64,000 nucleotides of DNA, taken from Candidatus Enterousia sp. (lineage in GTDB: Bacteria > Pseudomonadota > Alphaproteobacteria > Rs-D84). The notes under the pieces are model-generated. The model was not told the DNA's origin. It did no database searches and saw only the letters and a list, made by a program, of their open reading frames with translations. The stretch lies in assembly GCA_045637165.1 (NCBI GenBank), contig JAZTYU010000009.1, forward strand, positions 17,456 to 81,455, written 5' to 3'. Made by a program: the position numbers and the translations under genes. Shown here piece by piece: positions 1 to 9,862 of this stretch. How positions within the stretch are numbered: position 1 is the first letter of the stretch; each line of letters begins with the position of its first letter.

Positions 1-1977
1 ACGAAACAATGGTGCCCCACGTTCCATTGCTGTTTCACAAGGTTTGCTATCCGCCAGCCAGTTTTCCAACAAATCCCCTGCAATCAGGCCAACACCTGTT
101 CCAGCAACCAGTCCAATTCCCCCCGTAAACGGTGCCAACAACAAACCAATTCCCGTCGCAGACGCAACCTTGCCCGCAACCGCAGCACCACTTATCTGAA
201 TATCAGGCTCCGCCAAACTTCCCGTCAATTCAATCGAATTTACAACATTTCCCGTCAATGACAACTTTAACCCACGAACAGGCACAGTCGTCAAAGACAA
301 ATGCATCTCTTCTTTGCCTAAATCCAAACTACCTGCCAACCGCAAGTTTATTGCATTTGTTTCAACTGCAACACCATTTTGTGTTTCAATCAAACCGTCA
401 CGCAATTTCGCATTTACAGCAACACAGGATATTTTTATCTGATTATATTTCTTTTCTGAACTAAACAAATCCTGAATACCGTGCCGCAATGTTGTTAGAA
501 AATCAGTCCCATAAATATACGAAACCAATGACGAATGGGCATAGCCTGGTGCAACAGAATAAACCTGAACAGGCCCTGTTATTGTCTGCATAACCTCAGA
601 CAAGTTTTTACCATTTGCCTGAACATAGAATCCAAAATCCACTGGCAATTCTGAAATAAATTCAGACCGATGAATCTCCTTCAAAATTTCCCCTACATAA
701 ATATCCTTACCCTTTGCCCCAACATGCCCCCACAAACGTCCTGTCCCATCAACATCAGCCTCAATTCCAACAACAACATTTCCATCGGCAATCCCAGTTC
801 CAATATTAGCATGCAAATGATTATCCTTTACATTTACCCCCAGCACCAATTTTTCCAAATTCAAATCTTTGTAAACAATGAAATCATCAATGTTTACATT
901 CAAATTTATATTCCTGTTTAACATATACTCACCAAACAAAGGAATATTTTTGAACACATTCAATTTACGATTTATCTTTCCACGTTCCACGCCATATAAT
1001 CCCGGTATCAACTCCGCCAAATCAACACGTGCGGCCGACACATTGGCATTAAAAAACGCCCCCGGTTTTGACCAATCATAATCACCTGAAAAAACAAATT
1101 TTGTTCCATTGACAATAACCTTGGACCGACGCAACGTTATCTTTTTCCAGTCAAAACCACCCACCACTTCCAAATTCAGCGATGGCAACCACGACAGGTC
1201 AACACCAAAGAAACGCCCGACATTTTCAGGACTTACCAAATCCCCCTTTATCACAAAATCAATCGGTGCTTTACTTTTTCCTTCCAGTGCGACATTAGCA
1301 ATCAATGCCTGACCACCTGTTGACACCGCAACCCTTACCGGATAAACCTTACGTTGTGTATTATACTCACTAAAATTGATAATAAATGGCGAAACATTTT
1401 TATCAACCTTAATCCAACCTGAATATTCTCTACCTTCTGCCATTGGCATCAAACGAATATGGAATCCAGACAACGAATACTTTTTCCCAAAAACATCCGC
1501 CTTTAAATTCTTGATTTCAAACCCACCAAGTCCTACATCCTTAAACGGATATTTTTCTGGTTCTGTTGCATTTACAAGCTGCGTCTGTTCTTCTGTCACC
1601 CTTGAAATCCGCTGTATAGAGTATTTTCCATCTACATTTTTTTCAATATTTAACTTTGCATCATAAACCTTGACATTTTGAATCGTTGGTCGATTACGAA
1701 ACAACGAAAGCAGATTTAACCGCACATCAATTTTTTCTGCACTAAATGCGTCCTTATTTTTTGCCCAGCTTTGATTTGCAATTCTAACTTTGTTTAATTC
1801 AACATGTGGCCGCAAAGACAACTTCCACGACACAGCACCATCAATTTCAATTGGCATATCTGTTGCATCACGCAACAAAGTCAATAAATTCCCACGCAAC
1901 GTTTCCAAATTTACCTGACTTAATGCCACAACAACTGCCACGACCATCCCGATAAAACACAGGCCCAAAATTCTCAT
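1..1977 (-). CDS. AsmA-family outer-membrane assembly protein, with N-terminal TM/signal segment; C-terminus cut off by the window edge
   Basis: Reverse-complement reading from ATG at 1975-1977 gives MRILGLCFIGMVVAVVVALSQ... (hydrophobic N-terminus) and continues as far as I translated. Only short patchy plus-strand ORFs are listed for this 2 kb, which fits a long minus-strand gene. The protein has AsmA-like overall character. Confidence 0.55.
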   Translation of the reverse strand, partial: MRILGLCFIGMVVAVVVALSQVNLETLRGNLLTLLRDATDMPIEIDGAVSWKLSLRPHVELNKVRIANQSWAKNKDAFSAEKIDVRLNLLSLFRNRPTIQNVKVYDAKLNIEKNVDGKYSIQRISRVTEEQTQLVNATEPEKYPFKDVGLGGFEIKNLKADVFGKKYSLSGFHIRLMPMAEGREYSGWIKVDKNVSPFIINFSEYNTQRKVYPVRVAVSTGGQALIANVALEGKSKAPIDFVIKGDLVSPENVGRFFGVDLSWLPSLNLEVVGGFDWKKITLRRSKVIVNGTKFVFSGDYDWSKPGAFFNANVSAARVDLAELIPGLYGVERGKINRKLNVFKNIPLFGEYMLNRNINLNVNIDDFIVYKDLNLEKLVLGVNVKDNHLHANIGTGIADGNVVVGIEADVDGTGRLWGHVGAKGKDIYVGEILKEIHRSEFISELPVDFGFYVQANGKNLSEVMQTITGPVQVYSVAPGYAHSSLVSYIYGTDFLTTLRHGIQDLFSSEKKYNQIKISCVAVNAKLRDGLIETQNGVAVETNAINLRLAGSLDLGKEEMHLSLTTVPVRGLKLSLTGNVVNSIELTGSLAEPDIQISGAAVAGKVASATGIGLLLAPFTGGIGLVAGTGVGLIAGDLLENWLADSKPCETAMERGAPLFR

Positions 1978-2009
1978 GATTGGAAAAAAAATACTTCTTC
2001 TTAATTTTT

Positions 2010-2981
2010 TCATGGCAATTGAAATTCCAAAAACCGCATCACAGGCTGCATAAATCCTGGCACTTCTGCCCGCAAAGTCATCATACGCCCTGTTGCCGGG
2101 TGCTGAAATGTTAGCTTATACGCAAACAAAAACAAGTTATTTGTTTCCAACATCAATCCTAACGCCCCATCAAGATTCTGTCGTCCACCATACAACGCAT
2201 CACCAACAATCGGTGCCCCCAGCGAATATGCACTATGCAACCTTAACTGATGTGTTCGCCCTGTTTTTGGTGAAAAACGCACCCACGAAACACACCCTGC
2301 CACACACGACAACACCGAATATTCGGTTACCGCACGTTGTGGACGTGGCCCTGCACCATTATTCAAGCGACTTGGACTATCAAAGACCTGTCCCTTTAAC
2401 ACATAGTTATCGATCAATCCCTTTTTTGGATTAACCTCGCCCCTCAGCAATGCTAAATATTCTTTATGGGCTGTTTTATTTTGAAACTGATTTGACAAGT
2501 TCTGTGCGGCACGCTGATTTTTTGCCACAACCAACAAACCACTTGTTTCCTTGTCCAAACGATGAACTAATGCAATTTTGTCGTATGGAAACAAAGCCGC
2601 CGCCATTTTATCAATAGACTTGCGTATTCCTGTTCCACCCTGCACAGCCAAACCCGCAGGCTTGTTAAACACAACAATATCTTCATCGCTATGAACAATG
2701 CACTTACGCAACGCCTCTAAATCACTCAAAGAAAAAACAATACCGCTTTCTGTTTTTTTTGGTTTTTCCTGTGCATATCCTGCAAGCGTCGGTGGAATTC
2801 GCACCGCATCACCCGTTTTCAAAACTTCTGTTCCACGAACACGTTTTGAATTCACACGAATCTGCCCACCACGACAAAGTTTATAAAACTCACGCTGTGG
2901 CATTGCTGGAAAATGTCGCAAGAACCACCGCAACAGCCGTGTTCCATCTTCTACCTTGGAAACTTCGATAAAATCAGCCAT
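2010..2981 (-). CDS. rluD: RluA-family 23S rRNA pseudouridine synthase (RluC/RluD-like) with N-terminal S4 domain
   Basis: 323 aa with the HRLDKETSGLLVVAKN catalytic-Asp motif typical of the RluA family; N-terminal S4-like RNA-binding region (RVNSKRVRGTEVLKTGDAVRI). Confidence 0.8.
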   Translation of the reverse strand: MADFIEVSKVEDGTRLLRWFLRHFPAMPQREFYKLCRGGQIRVNSKRVRGTEVLKTGDAVRIPPTLAGYAQEKPKKTESGIVFSLSDLEALRKCIVHSDEDIVVFNKPAGLAVQGGTGIRKSIDKMAAALFPYDKIALVHRLDKETSGLLVVAKNQRAAQNLSNQFQNKTAHKEYLALLRGEVNPKKGLIDNYVLKGQVFDSPSRLNNGAGPRPQRAVTEYSVLSCVAGCVSWVRFSPKTGRTHQLRLHSAYSLGAPIVGDALYGGRQNLDGALGLMLETNNLFLFAYKLTFQHPATGRMMTLRAEVPGFMQPVMRFLEFQLP

Positions 2982-3445
2982 TATTCACCATACACAATCT
3001 GAACATAATTTGTTCCATTTTGGCCTTTGCAACTTCCTGTTGCACCACCTTCTTTACCACCAGAACTCTGATAACCAACCGAATCGGACCACGCCTTGGC
3101 GACCAGCGATTCGCATTCTGCCTGTCCCAACCCATTTATCGTCACAACAAACTGACGTGGATTAGATTGATTGACTGCCAGTTCATACAAACCACCATAT
3201 GGATTTTTATTACTCATACCAATTGCACCAAAAATCGTCTGACCGTTCATATTCGAAAAATCATCGTATTCGCCGTGAATATTGCGAACCATCGTCACCA
3301 TTTGGATAACTTCATCATTTACTTCGGTCAGTTTCTGTGTCCTCATTGCGGTTGAAATCATACCGATTGCACCAACGGTAATAATCCCCATAATTGCCAA
3401 CACCCCCAACATTTCAATCATCGAACGTCCAGATTCTTGATTCAT
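2981..3445 (-). CDS. Type IV pilin / pseudopilin-like protein (prepilin-type N-terminus)
   Basis: N-terminus MNQESG|RSMIEMLGVLAIMGIITVGAIG has Gly at -1, Glu at +5 and a hydrophobic helix, the class III signal of prepilins. There is a C-terminal Cys pair (QAECESL...GSCKGQ) like a T4a pilin D-region. It overlaps the rluD start by 1 nt. Confidence 0.6.
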   Translation of the reverse strand: MNQESGRSMIEMLGVLAIMGIITVGAIGMISTAMRTQKLTEVNDEVIQMVTMVRNIHGEYDDFSNMNGQTIFGAIGMSNKNPYGGLYELAVNQSNPRQFVVTINGLGQAECESLVAKAWSDSVGYQSSGGKEGGATGSCKGQNGTNYVQIVYGE

Positions 3446-3496
3446 TGAAAAACCTCTTATTTGCTATTCTATAAATATTATTTTATCATAAAGATT

Positions 3497-4924
3497 ATGA
3501 ATATTCAATTTTCAGATTTAATCGCAAATGCACCGCACGCCCCAGGCGTGTATTTGATGTATGACTGCGACGATAATCTGCTGTATGTTGGCAAGGCCAA
3601 GACTCTAAACAACCGTCTTCGTCAATACCAAGACATATCAAAACTTGAATTACACAAACAAGTTATGCGTTCATTGGTCTGCCGTGTTGACTGGGAAGTC
3701 GTCCCAACCGAATCCGATGCCCTAATTCGTGAACAAGAACTAATAAAAACCCAAAAGCCCAAATATAACATTATGCTAACTGATGGAAAAATGTATCCAA
3801 TGTTGGCATTGACATCTGGCGACTTTCCACGTCTGCTAAAATTCCGTGGCAAAATTTCACAACGCCGTGATGTATATGGCCCATATCCATCTGTTTCCGC
3901 ATTAAACGAAACCATAAAAACGATACAACGGGTTTGTCAGATTCGCACCTGCACAGACATCCAAATGCGAAATCGCACCCGTCCATGCCTGTTGCATCAA
4001 ATTGGTCGTTGCAGTGCACCATGTTGCATCCCCGACAAACAAAAATACGCAGAAAACGTGCGTATAGCACGAAAAATCTTAACTGGCGACAGCACACCAA
4101 TAATTGCAGATTTAACAGAACAAATGAAAACATTTTCTGAAAACATGGACTATGAATCTGCTGCGATTATTCGTGATAAAATTGCCGCACTTACACACAC
4201 ATCAAATCGTGGCATACGACAGAAACCAACGCATACATCAAATCTTGACTGGGACAAAAATGTTTCAGAACTTGAAAATTTATTAAACATAAAATTAAAT
4301 CTTGTTGGGGTATTTGATAACTCACACCTGTTTGGCAAACAATCTGTTGGTGCAATGATAACATTTGGCCACAACGGATTTGAAAAAGCAGGATATCGCC
4401 ACTTTAAATTGCAAGACAAATCACGTGCAGGAAACGACATTGCAATGATGTCAGAATTTATCAAGCGTGCCATTGAACGAGGTCCAAAACTTGACTTGAT
4501 TATCGTCGATGGCGGAATTGCACAATGGAACATTGCGAATCGAAACTCTGACGGCATTCCCGTCCTGGGTGTCACCAAGGGCCAGGTCCGAAATGGCGAC
4601 GAACATTTTATCCTGCCAGACGGCAACGTCCTGGACACCCTACCCAAAGACTCCCCATTATTTTTAATGCTACGCACTGTCCGTGACGAGGCTCACCGTT
4701 TTGTAATCACATACCATCGCAATGTCCGTGCCAAGCAACTAACCGCCTCTGTCTTGGACGAAATAGACGGCGTTGGACCAACCCGCAAACGTGCATTACT
4801 GCAACATTTTGGTTCTGTCCGTGCCATAATGGATGCCGACCTAAATGCCCTGCAACATGTCCCAGGTTTGGGAATAAGTGCCGCAAAAAAAATATATGCC
4901 CATTTCCACTCAGAAATGATATAA
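3497..4924 (+). CDS. uvrC: Excinuclease ABC subunit C (compact UvrC, ~476 aa)
   Basis: N-terminal GIY-YIG (GVYLMYDCDDNLLYVGKAKTLNNRLRQY); Cys-rich segment (CQIRTCTD...RPCLLHQIGRCSAPCC); UVR motif (ESAAIIRDKIAAL); C-terminal HhH (LQHFGSVRAIMDADLNALQHVPGLG). The ORF track starts at a TTG at 3461; the ATG at 3497 (MNIQFSD) is more likely. Confidence 0.85.
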   Translation: MNIQFSDLIANAPHAPGVYLMYDCDDNLLYVGKAKTLNNRLRQYQDISKLELHKQVMRSLVCRVDWEVVPTESDALIREQELIKTQKPKYNIMLTDGKMYPMLALTSGDFPRLLKFRGKISQRRDVYGPYPSVSALNETIKTIQRVCQIRTCTDIQMRNRTRPCLLHQIGRCSAPCCIPDKQKYAENVRIARKILTGDSTPIIADLTEQMKTFSENMDYESAAIIRDKIAALTHTSNRGIRQKPTHTSNLDWDKNVSELENLLNIKLNLVGVFDNSHLFGKQSVGAMITFGHNGFEKAGYRHFKLQDKSRAGNDIAMMSEFIKRAIERGPKLDLIIVDGGIAQWNIANRNSDGIPVLGVTKGQVRNGDEHFILPDGNVLDTLPKDSPLFLMLRTVRDEAHRFVITYHRNVRAKQLTASVLDEIDGVGPTRKRALLQHFGSVRAIMDADLNALQHVPGLGISAAKKIYAHFHSEMI

Positions 4925-4964
4925 TAACACCATTCATATATAATTATAAATAAAGGAGACATAT

Positions 4965-5564
4965 ATGAAATTTTTTGTAAACTTTTTATCTGCATTTCGT
5001 ATTGCTGCATCATTTGCAATAATACCAACCTTGATGTTCCAAATGTATTGGACAACATTTATTTTGTTTGTGCTGGCCGCATTATCAGATTGGTTTGACG
5101 GATTTTTGGCACGCAAATACAACGTCTGTTCCAAAATAGGCGGCGTCATGGACCACATTGGCGACAAACTGCTGGTCGTAAACACATTGATTATGTTGAC
5201 AGTTATGATGCCAGTATGGTTTGTTGTTGTTCCTGTAATTATAATGATTGCACGTGAACTTTACATCTCTGGCCTACGTGAATTCTTGGGCACCCAGAAA
5301 ATTGAAATGCCCGTTCCAAAGGCACGCTTTTCAATGGGTAAAATTAAAACCACACTTCAAATGATTTCGATTGCTGCATTTCTGTTGATATTTGTTATCG
5401 GCACAATGATAACCCCAAACAGCGACAGCAGCTTTATAATGTGGGCAATTACAATTTTACCATACGTTGGAATCTGGGGGTTGTGGTTATCATTGGTTGC
5501 GTCTGTTTGGTCTGCAACACAATACACCCAAACATTCATCGGTCACATAAAAAAATTAAAATAA
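4965..5564 (+). CDS. pgsA: CDP-diacylglycerol--glycerol-3-phosphate 3-phosphatidyltransferase
   Basis: CDP-alcohol phosphatidyltransferase motif DWFDGFLARKYNVCSKIGGVMDHIGDKLLV; multi-TM; SD AAGGAG upstream; uvrC-pgsA is a common gene pair. Confidence 0.85.
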   Translation: MKFFVNFLSAFRIAASFAIIPTLMFQMYWTTFILFVLAALSDWFDGFLARKYNVCSKIGGVMDHIGDKLLVVNTLIMLTVMMPVWFVVVPVIIMIARELYISGLREFLGTQKIEMPVPKARFSMGKIKTTLQMISIAAFLLIFVIGTMITPNSDSSFIMWAITILPYVGIWGLWLSLVASVWSATQYTQTFIGHIKKLK

Positions 5565-5583
5565 AAAATCGTGCTATACGCAT

Positions 5584-5612
5584 AAAAACCGGCACAATTG
5601 CCGGTTTTTATT
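5584..5612. terminator. Bidirectional intrinsic terminator between pgsA (+) and dnaJ (-)
   Basis: Hairpin ccggcacaattgccgg flanked by an A-run and a T-run (aaaaaccggcacaattgccggttttta). Confidence 0.7.
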
Positions 5613-5639
5613 TTTTTCACAATCAAATTATTTACTTAC

Positions 5640-6770
5640 CTAAAACCAACCTTTTTTCTCTGTCTTGGTTTCTGCAAATTCATTTAATAATTTCTTTTGC
5701 TTATCAGACAATTTTGTCGGTATTTTAATTGCCACTTCTATATACAAATCGCCAAAACTACCTGCCCTGCGAACAGATGGCATACCATGCCCACGAACAC
5801 GCAACTTTTCACCAACCTGCGTTCCGCTTGGCACCTTGACCGACAACTTTTTATCATCAATTGTTTGGACTTCGATTTCACCGCCCAAGGCCAATGTTGT
5901 AAACGGCACATCAACACGCATAATCAAATCATTTCCACGGCGTTCAAACCGCTTGTCTGGACGAATTCTGACATCTAAATAAAAATCCCCTGCTGGTCCA
6001 CCATTAGCACCTGCTTCACCTTGTCCTGCCAAACGCAACCGTGCACCATCTTCGATACCTGCTGGTATTTTTACCTCTAATGTTCTTTGTTTATGTTCTG
6101 TACCACTGCCATCACATTGACTGCATTTCTTTGAAATCTTGCGTCCCAACCCATTACATTCTGGACATGGTGCCTCCATTGCAAAGAATCCCTGACGTGT
6201 TTGAATAAAGCCACTGCCCCCACATCTTGAACACACCGGGGCCTGCTTTCCATCTGCAGTTCCATTTCCATGACATTTTTCACATTGAACATTGCTTGAA
6301 AAATTTACAGTATGTGTTTTTCCAAAATAAGCATCTTTTAAATCTATAACAACCTCGTCCAGCAAATCACGCCCACCACGCTGTGGTGCACCACGTTGTG
6401 GTCCACCGCCAAAGTCGCCAAAACCGAATCCTCTCATTGCCTCACGCAGGATATCTTCCATACCGGCACCACCACCCATATTAAAGTGGAACCCACCATT
6501 ACCAAACGGATTACCCCCACCAAATCCAGCACCTGCCCCATTACCATTTGCAAACGCCGCATCACCAAACCGGTCATATGCCGCACGTTTCTGTGGGTCT
6601 TTCAAGATATCAAAGGCATTATTGACTTCTTTGAATTTTTCTTCTGCGTCTTTGTTATCTGGATTTCTATCGGGATGATATTTCATCACCAATTTATGAT
6701 ACGCCTTTTTAATATCTGCATCTGACGCATCACGTGCCACCCCCAGCACTTCATAAGGATTTTTATTCAT
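5640..6770 (-). CDS. dnaJ: Chaperone DnaJ
   Basis: J domain (NPYEVLGV...[16 protein letters not shown]), Gly/Phe-rich linker, four CxxCxGxG zinc-finger repeats, C-terminal domains. No dnaK adjacent. Confidence 0.95.
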   Translation of the reverse strand: MNKNPYEVLGVARDASDADIKKAYHKLVMKYHPDRNPDNKDAEEKFKEVNNAFDILKDPQKRAAYDRFGDAAFANGNGAGAGFGGGNPFGNGGFHFNMGGGAGMEDILREAMRGFGFGDFGGGPQRGAPQRGGRDLLDEVVIDLKDAYFGKTHTVNFSSNVQCEKCHGNGTADGKQAPVCSRCGGSGFIQTRQGFFAMEAPCPECNGLGRKISKKCSQCDGSGTEHKQRTLEVKIPAGIEDGARLRLAGQGEAGANGGPAGDFYLDVRIRPDKRFERRGNDLIMRVDVPFTTLALGGEIEVQTIDDKKLSVKVPSGTQVGEKLRVRGHGMPSVRRAGSFGDLYIEVAIKIPTKLSDKQKKLLNEFAETKTEKKGWF

Positions 6771-6910
6771 ATCTGGATTCCATCTATTTATTTAATTACG
6801 ATAACAAATATATAAGACCTACATAAAAAAATTCAACCCCAAAATGCGATTTAGGGCTAAATTCTTTGGGCTTGCACAAATTTCAAAAATGTTCTAATAA
6901 TAATAACATT

Positions 6911-8890
6911 ATGACAGAGAAAAAGACACAAACATACGACGCATCAGACATCCAGGTTCTCGAAGGGCTTGAACCCGTTCGCCTACGTCCTGGAATGTAT
7001 ATTGGTGGCACAGATGAAAAAGCATGGCATCACCTGCCGATTGAAATAATGGACAACTCGATTGACGAAGCGGTTGCTGGCTTTGCCAAGAAAATAACTG
7101 TGCATTTAATTGATTCCAAGACTATTGAGATTGCGGATGACGGCCGTGGCATTCCCGTGGACGAGCATCCAAAATATCCTGGCAAATCTGCCCTAGAAGT
7201 AATTTTGACCACACTGCATTCTGGCGGTAAATTTAACAACAATGTTTATAAAACCAGCGGTGGTCTGCATGGTGTTGGTTCTGCGGTTGTGAATGCTTTA
7301 TCATCTGAAATGATTGTTGACATTGCCCGTGATGGATATAACTGGCACCAGACATTTTCACGGGGCCAAACCACATCACCTATGACCCGTGGCGAAGCGA
7401 CAAAGAACCACGGAACAAAAATCCGCTTTACAATTGATGACGAAATCTTTGGCACATCTGCTGTGTTCAAACCGATAAAAATTTACCGTATGGCCCGTGC
7501 CAAGGCATTTTTATCACGTGGTGTAAAAATCGATTGGCGTTGCAATCCAGAATTACTAACAGACGATATGAATATCCCTGCTAACACCACATTTTATTAT
7601 CCAAATGGTGTTGCTGATTTCCTGGCAGAAAAGACAGATTCCAAGCCACGCATTTTACCACGCATATTCAGTGGCAGTGTTGACTTTCCTGACGACAGTG
7701 GCCGTGTAGAATGGGCATTGACATTTTTAACTGATGAAAATGGTGCGGCATCTGACGACGGATTTTTCTCGTCCTATTGTAATACGATTGCAACGATTGA
7801 TGGTGGAACACACGAAACAGGATTCAAATCTGCGATTACCAAAGGAATAAAAGCATACGGTGAAAAAGTAAACAATAAATCCGCTGCAACAATTATTGGC
7901 GATGACGTATTCGATTCGGTTGCTGCGATTGTTTCTGTCTTTTACAAGACACCACAGTTCTTGGGTCAAACCAAGGAAAAATTATCTAATCCAGAGGTTG
8001 CCCGTTTCACAGAAAATGCCCTACGTGATCCATGGGAAATGTTTTTGGCATCCGACCCAAAAACAGCAAATGCCCTGCTTGATTTTGTTATAAACCTGGC
8101 AAACGCCCGTATAAAGACAAAGCAAGTCAAAGATGTCGCACGCAAAACCCCGACCAAGCGTATTCGTATGCCTGCAAAATTGGCAGACTGTTCCAAGCAC
8201 GGCATTGCCGGCACAGAACTATTTATTGTTGAGGGGGAATCGGCAGGCGGAACTGCAAAACAAGCCCGTGACCGTGCAACCCAGGCAATTATGCCCCTGC
8301 GTGGCAAGGTGTTAAATGTAATTTCAAATTCTGACGAACGCTTTGGTGCGAACAAGGAATTAAATGACCTGGTCGATATTATTGGTGCTGGCACAGCCAA
8401 CAATTGGAACGATGATAAATTGCGTTATGAAAAGATTATAATTATGACCGATGCTGACGTTGACGGCAGCCATATTGCATCACTGTTGATGGCATTTTTC
8501 TATCAACACATGCCCCAGTTGATTTATGGTGGTCACCTGTATTTATCTTGTCCACCATTGTATAAATTGACATCTGGCACCGAATCGATTTACGTTGATT
8601 CTGACGAAGAACTTGAAACACTAAAATCAACAAAATATAAAAACAAACGTGTTGAAATATCTCGATTCAAAGGGCTTGGCGAAATGATGCCCAACCAACT
8701 AAAAGAAACAACAATGTCGCCTAAAACCCGTCGTTTAATCCGTGTTGACCTACCACCACGCACCGAAGAAGGCGCCGAAGACACAGAAAAAACAAAAACA
8801 ATTGTTTCTGAACTGATGGGCAAAAAACCTGAATTTAGATTTAAATTCATCACTGAACACGCCCAATTCGTCAAAGATTTGTTCGTATAA
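6911..8890 (+). CDS. parE: Type IIA topoisomerase ATPase subunit B; the ~660 aa size argues topoisomerase IV ParE rather than GyrB
   Basis: GHKL ATPase and TOPRIM motifs (LEGLEPVRLRPGMYIGGTD, GLHGVGSAVVNALS, EGESAGG, PLRGKVLNV, IMTDADVDGSHI). The ORF track starts at 6866; the ATG at 6911 (MTEKKTQ) is likelier. GyrB is usually ~800 aa. Confidence 0.65.
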   Translation: MTEKKTQTYDASDIQVLEGLEPVRLRPGMYIGGTDEKAWHHLPIEIMDNSIDEAVAGFAKKITVHLIDSKTIEIADDGRGIPVDEHPKYPGKSALEVILTTLHSGGKFNNNVYKTSGGLHGVGSAVVNALSSEMIVDIARDGYNWHQTFSRGQTTSPMTRGEATKNHGTKIRFTIDDEIFGTSAVFKPIKIYRMARAKAFLSRGVKIDWRCNPELLTDDMNIPANTTFYYPNGVADFLAEKTDSKPRILPRIFSGSVDFPDDSGRVEWALTFLTDENGAASDDGFFSSYCNTIATIDGGTHETGFKSAITKGIKAYGEKVNNKSAATIIGDDVFDSVAAIVSVFYKTPQFLGQTKEKLSNPEVARFTENALRDPWEMFLASDPKTANALLDFVINLANARIKTKQVKDVARKTPTKRIRMPAKLADCSKHGIAGTELFIVEGESAGGTAKQARDRATQAIMPLRGKVLNVISNSDERFGANKELNDLVDIIGAGTANNWNDDKLRYEKIIIMTDADVDGSHIASLLMAFFYQHMPQLIYGGHLYLSCPPLYKLTSGTESIYVDSDEELETLKSTKYKNKRVEISRFKGLGEMMPNQLKETTMSPKTRRLIRVDLPPRTEEGAEDTEKTKTIVSELMGKKPEFRFKFITEHAQFVKDLFV

Positions 8891-8913
8891 AAAGACATTT
8901 ATAAAAATACAAC

Positions 8914-8939
8914 AGCACCTATTTCAGGTGCTTTTCTTT
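8914..8939 (+). terminator. Intrinsic terminator after parE
   Basis: agcacct-atttc-aggtgct hairpin followed by tttcttt. Confidence 0.6.
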
Positions 8940-8949
8940 ACTCAAAAGA

Positions 8950-8978
8950 TTGACAAACAAAAGATACGTCCTATAATA
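8950..8978 (+). promoter_or_regulatory. Near-consensus sigma70 promoter for the 9013 gene
   Basis: TTGACA (8950-8955), 17-nt spacer, TATAAT (8973-8978), about 35 nt upstream of the ATG at 9013. Confidence 0.6.
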
Positions 8979-9012
8979 AAACTATAACATAAAAGATAAA
9001 TAAGGATAAAAT

Positions 9013-9546
9013 ATGAATATATTTGAATATTTTAAATCAAAAAAAACTAACCAACAACCTATCGAGGCTATTCCTGCCGAAGTTGCCCCTGTTGCAAAAA
9101 CTATTCCTGCAAACCACATCAGCAAAAAGAAAAAGAACACATACAAAATTATGTTTAATCCATTTACTGCCTATGAAATGTTTGCGTTATGCAAGAACAC
9201 CCCATTGGCAATTATTGAATTAAATGGCATCCACCAGGACACACAATCAGGTTGGGTTTCCGCCAAAGATTTTCCAAACCCATGTGCCACTGACATGGCT
9301 GCCCAGCAAGAACTAATAAAAAAAATAACTGGCGAAAAAATCGCAACAACAATCATTGAATATCTGGACAAAAGCACTGGCAAACCTGTTATTCAAATAT
9401 ACCCAGGAATGATACACATATTCGATGAATACGAACAAGATTACGAATCACACTTAAATCATAAATCACGCCGTGATTTAAAATATCAAATTGCCCTGCG
9501 TGAAAAATTATGGGCAGAATTTGCAAAAAGCCAAAACCAAAAATAA
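9013..9546 (+). CDS. Hypothetical protein (177 aa)
   Basis: Clean ORF with promoter upstream and a strong terminator downstream; no recognisable domain. Confidence 0.5.
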   Translation: MNIFEYFKSKKTNQQPIEAIPAEVAPVAKTIPANHISKKKKNTYKIMFNPFTAYEMFALCKNTPLAIIELNGIHQDTQSGWVSAKDFPNPCATDMAAQQELIKKITGEKIATTIIEYLDKSTGKPVIQIYPGMIHIFDEYEQDYESHLNHKSRRDLKYQIALREKLWAEFAKSQNQK

Positions 9547-9569
9547 AAAACACCTTCGGGTGTTTTTTT
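9547..9569 (+). terminator. Intrinsic terminator
   Basis: aaaacacc-ttcg-ggtgttttttt immediately after the stop codon. Confidence 0.8.
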
Positions 9570-9570
9570 A

Positions 9571-9862
9571 TGGTATTCCCCCCGAAAAAAATATAAAATA
9601 AAAAACGAAGACATAGGGATATGGCTTCGGGACCGTAAGAAAGTCCTTGTTTTACGTCAGTGTGCATACGCACATTGGTATCCGCACAATGCGGCGCATT
9701 TTGCGTCGTTTTTACAACAACCGACTTTTTACGTCGGGGCGCTGTGGGGCATACAACAGGGTTTAACCCGAAACCCCACAGGGTCATTTCGTAAAACATG
9801 ATTTTCTTAACGCCCCGACCGCTTGTTCCCCAGCGGTCTTTTCTTTTACACAGGGGGAATAA
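9571..9862 (+). ncRNA. GC-rich, highly structured ~290-nt region ending in a hairpin/T-run terminator; candidate sRNA or structured 5' leader of the downstream gene
   Basis: Several nested inverted repeats (gtgc-atac-gcac; ccgca-caa-tgcgg; ctgtgggg...ccccacag enclosing ggg-ttta-accc; gtcggggcg...cgccccgac) and a final gaccgc-ttgttcccca-gcggtc hairpin followed by ttttctttt at ~9822-9850. GC content contrasts with the AT-rich surroundings. It matches no RNase P, tmRNA or SRP motif that I can recall. Confidence 0.3.

Noticed and set aside
132-1666. Several 60-110-aa plus-strand ORFs in the first 2 kb
   Set aside because: They are patchy and low-complexity (P/Q/S/T/N-rich, reflecting the antisense of an A-rich coding strand). 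They overlap a continuous minus-strand AsmA-like reading frame starting at 1977, so they are antisense artefacts.
3622-4133. Minus-strand ORFs of 97 and 120 aa inside uvrC, and similar antisense ORFs inside ileS, dnaJ, gatA and recJ
   Set aside because: They are fully embedded antisense to well-supported conserved genes. They have no RBS and a skewed composition, so they are spurious.
6866-8890. DNA gyrase subunit B
   Set aside because: Motifs are shared by GyrB and ParE, but at ~660 aa the protein lacks the large C-terminal insertion of proteobacterial GyrB (~800 aa). Called ParE with moderate confidence only.
9571-9862. RNase P RNA, tmRNA or SRP RNA
   Set aside because: Apart from a short gaaagtcc string, none of the conserved motifs are present: no RNase P P4 / GGAAAGUCCGGGCUCC context, no tmRNA tRNA-like ends or tag ORF, no SRP GGAAGCAGCCA domain IV. 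The length also does not fit RNase P or tmRNA.
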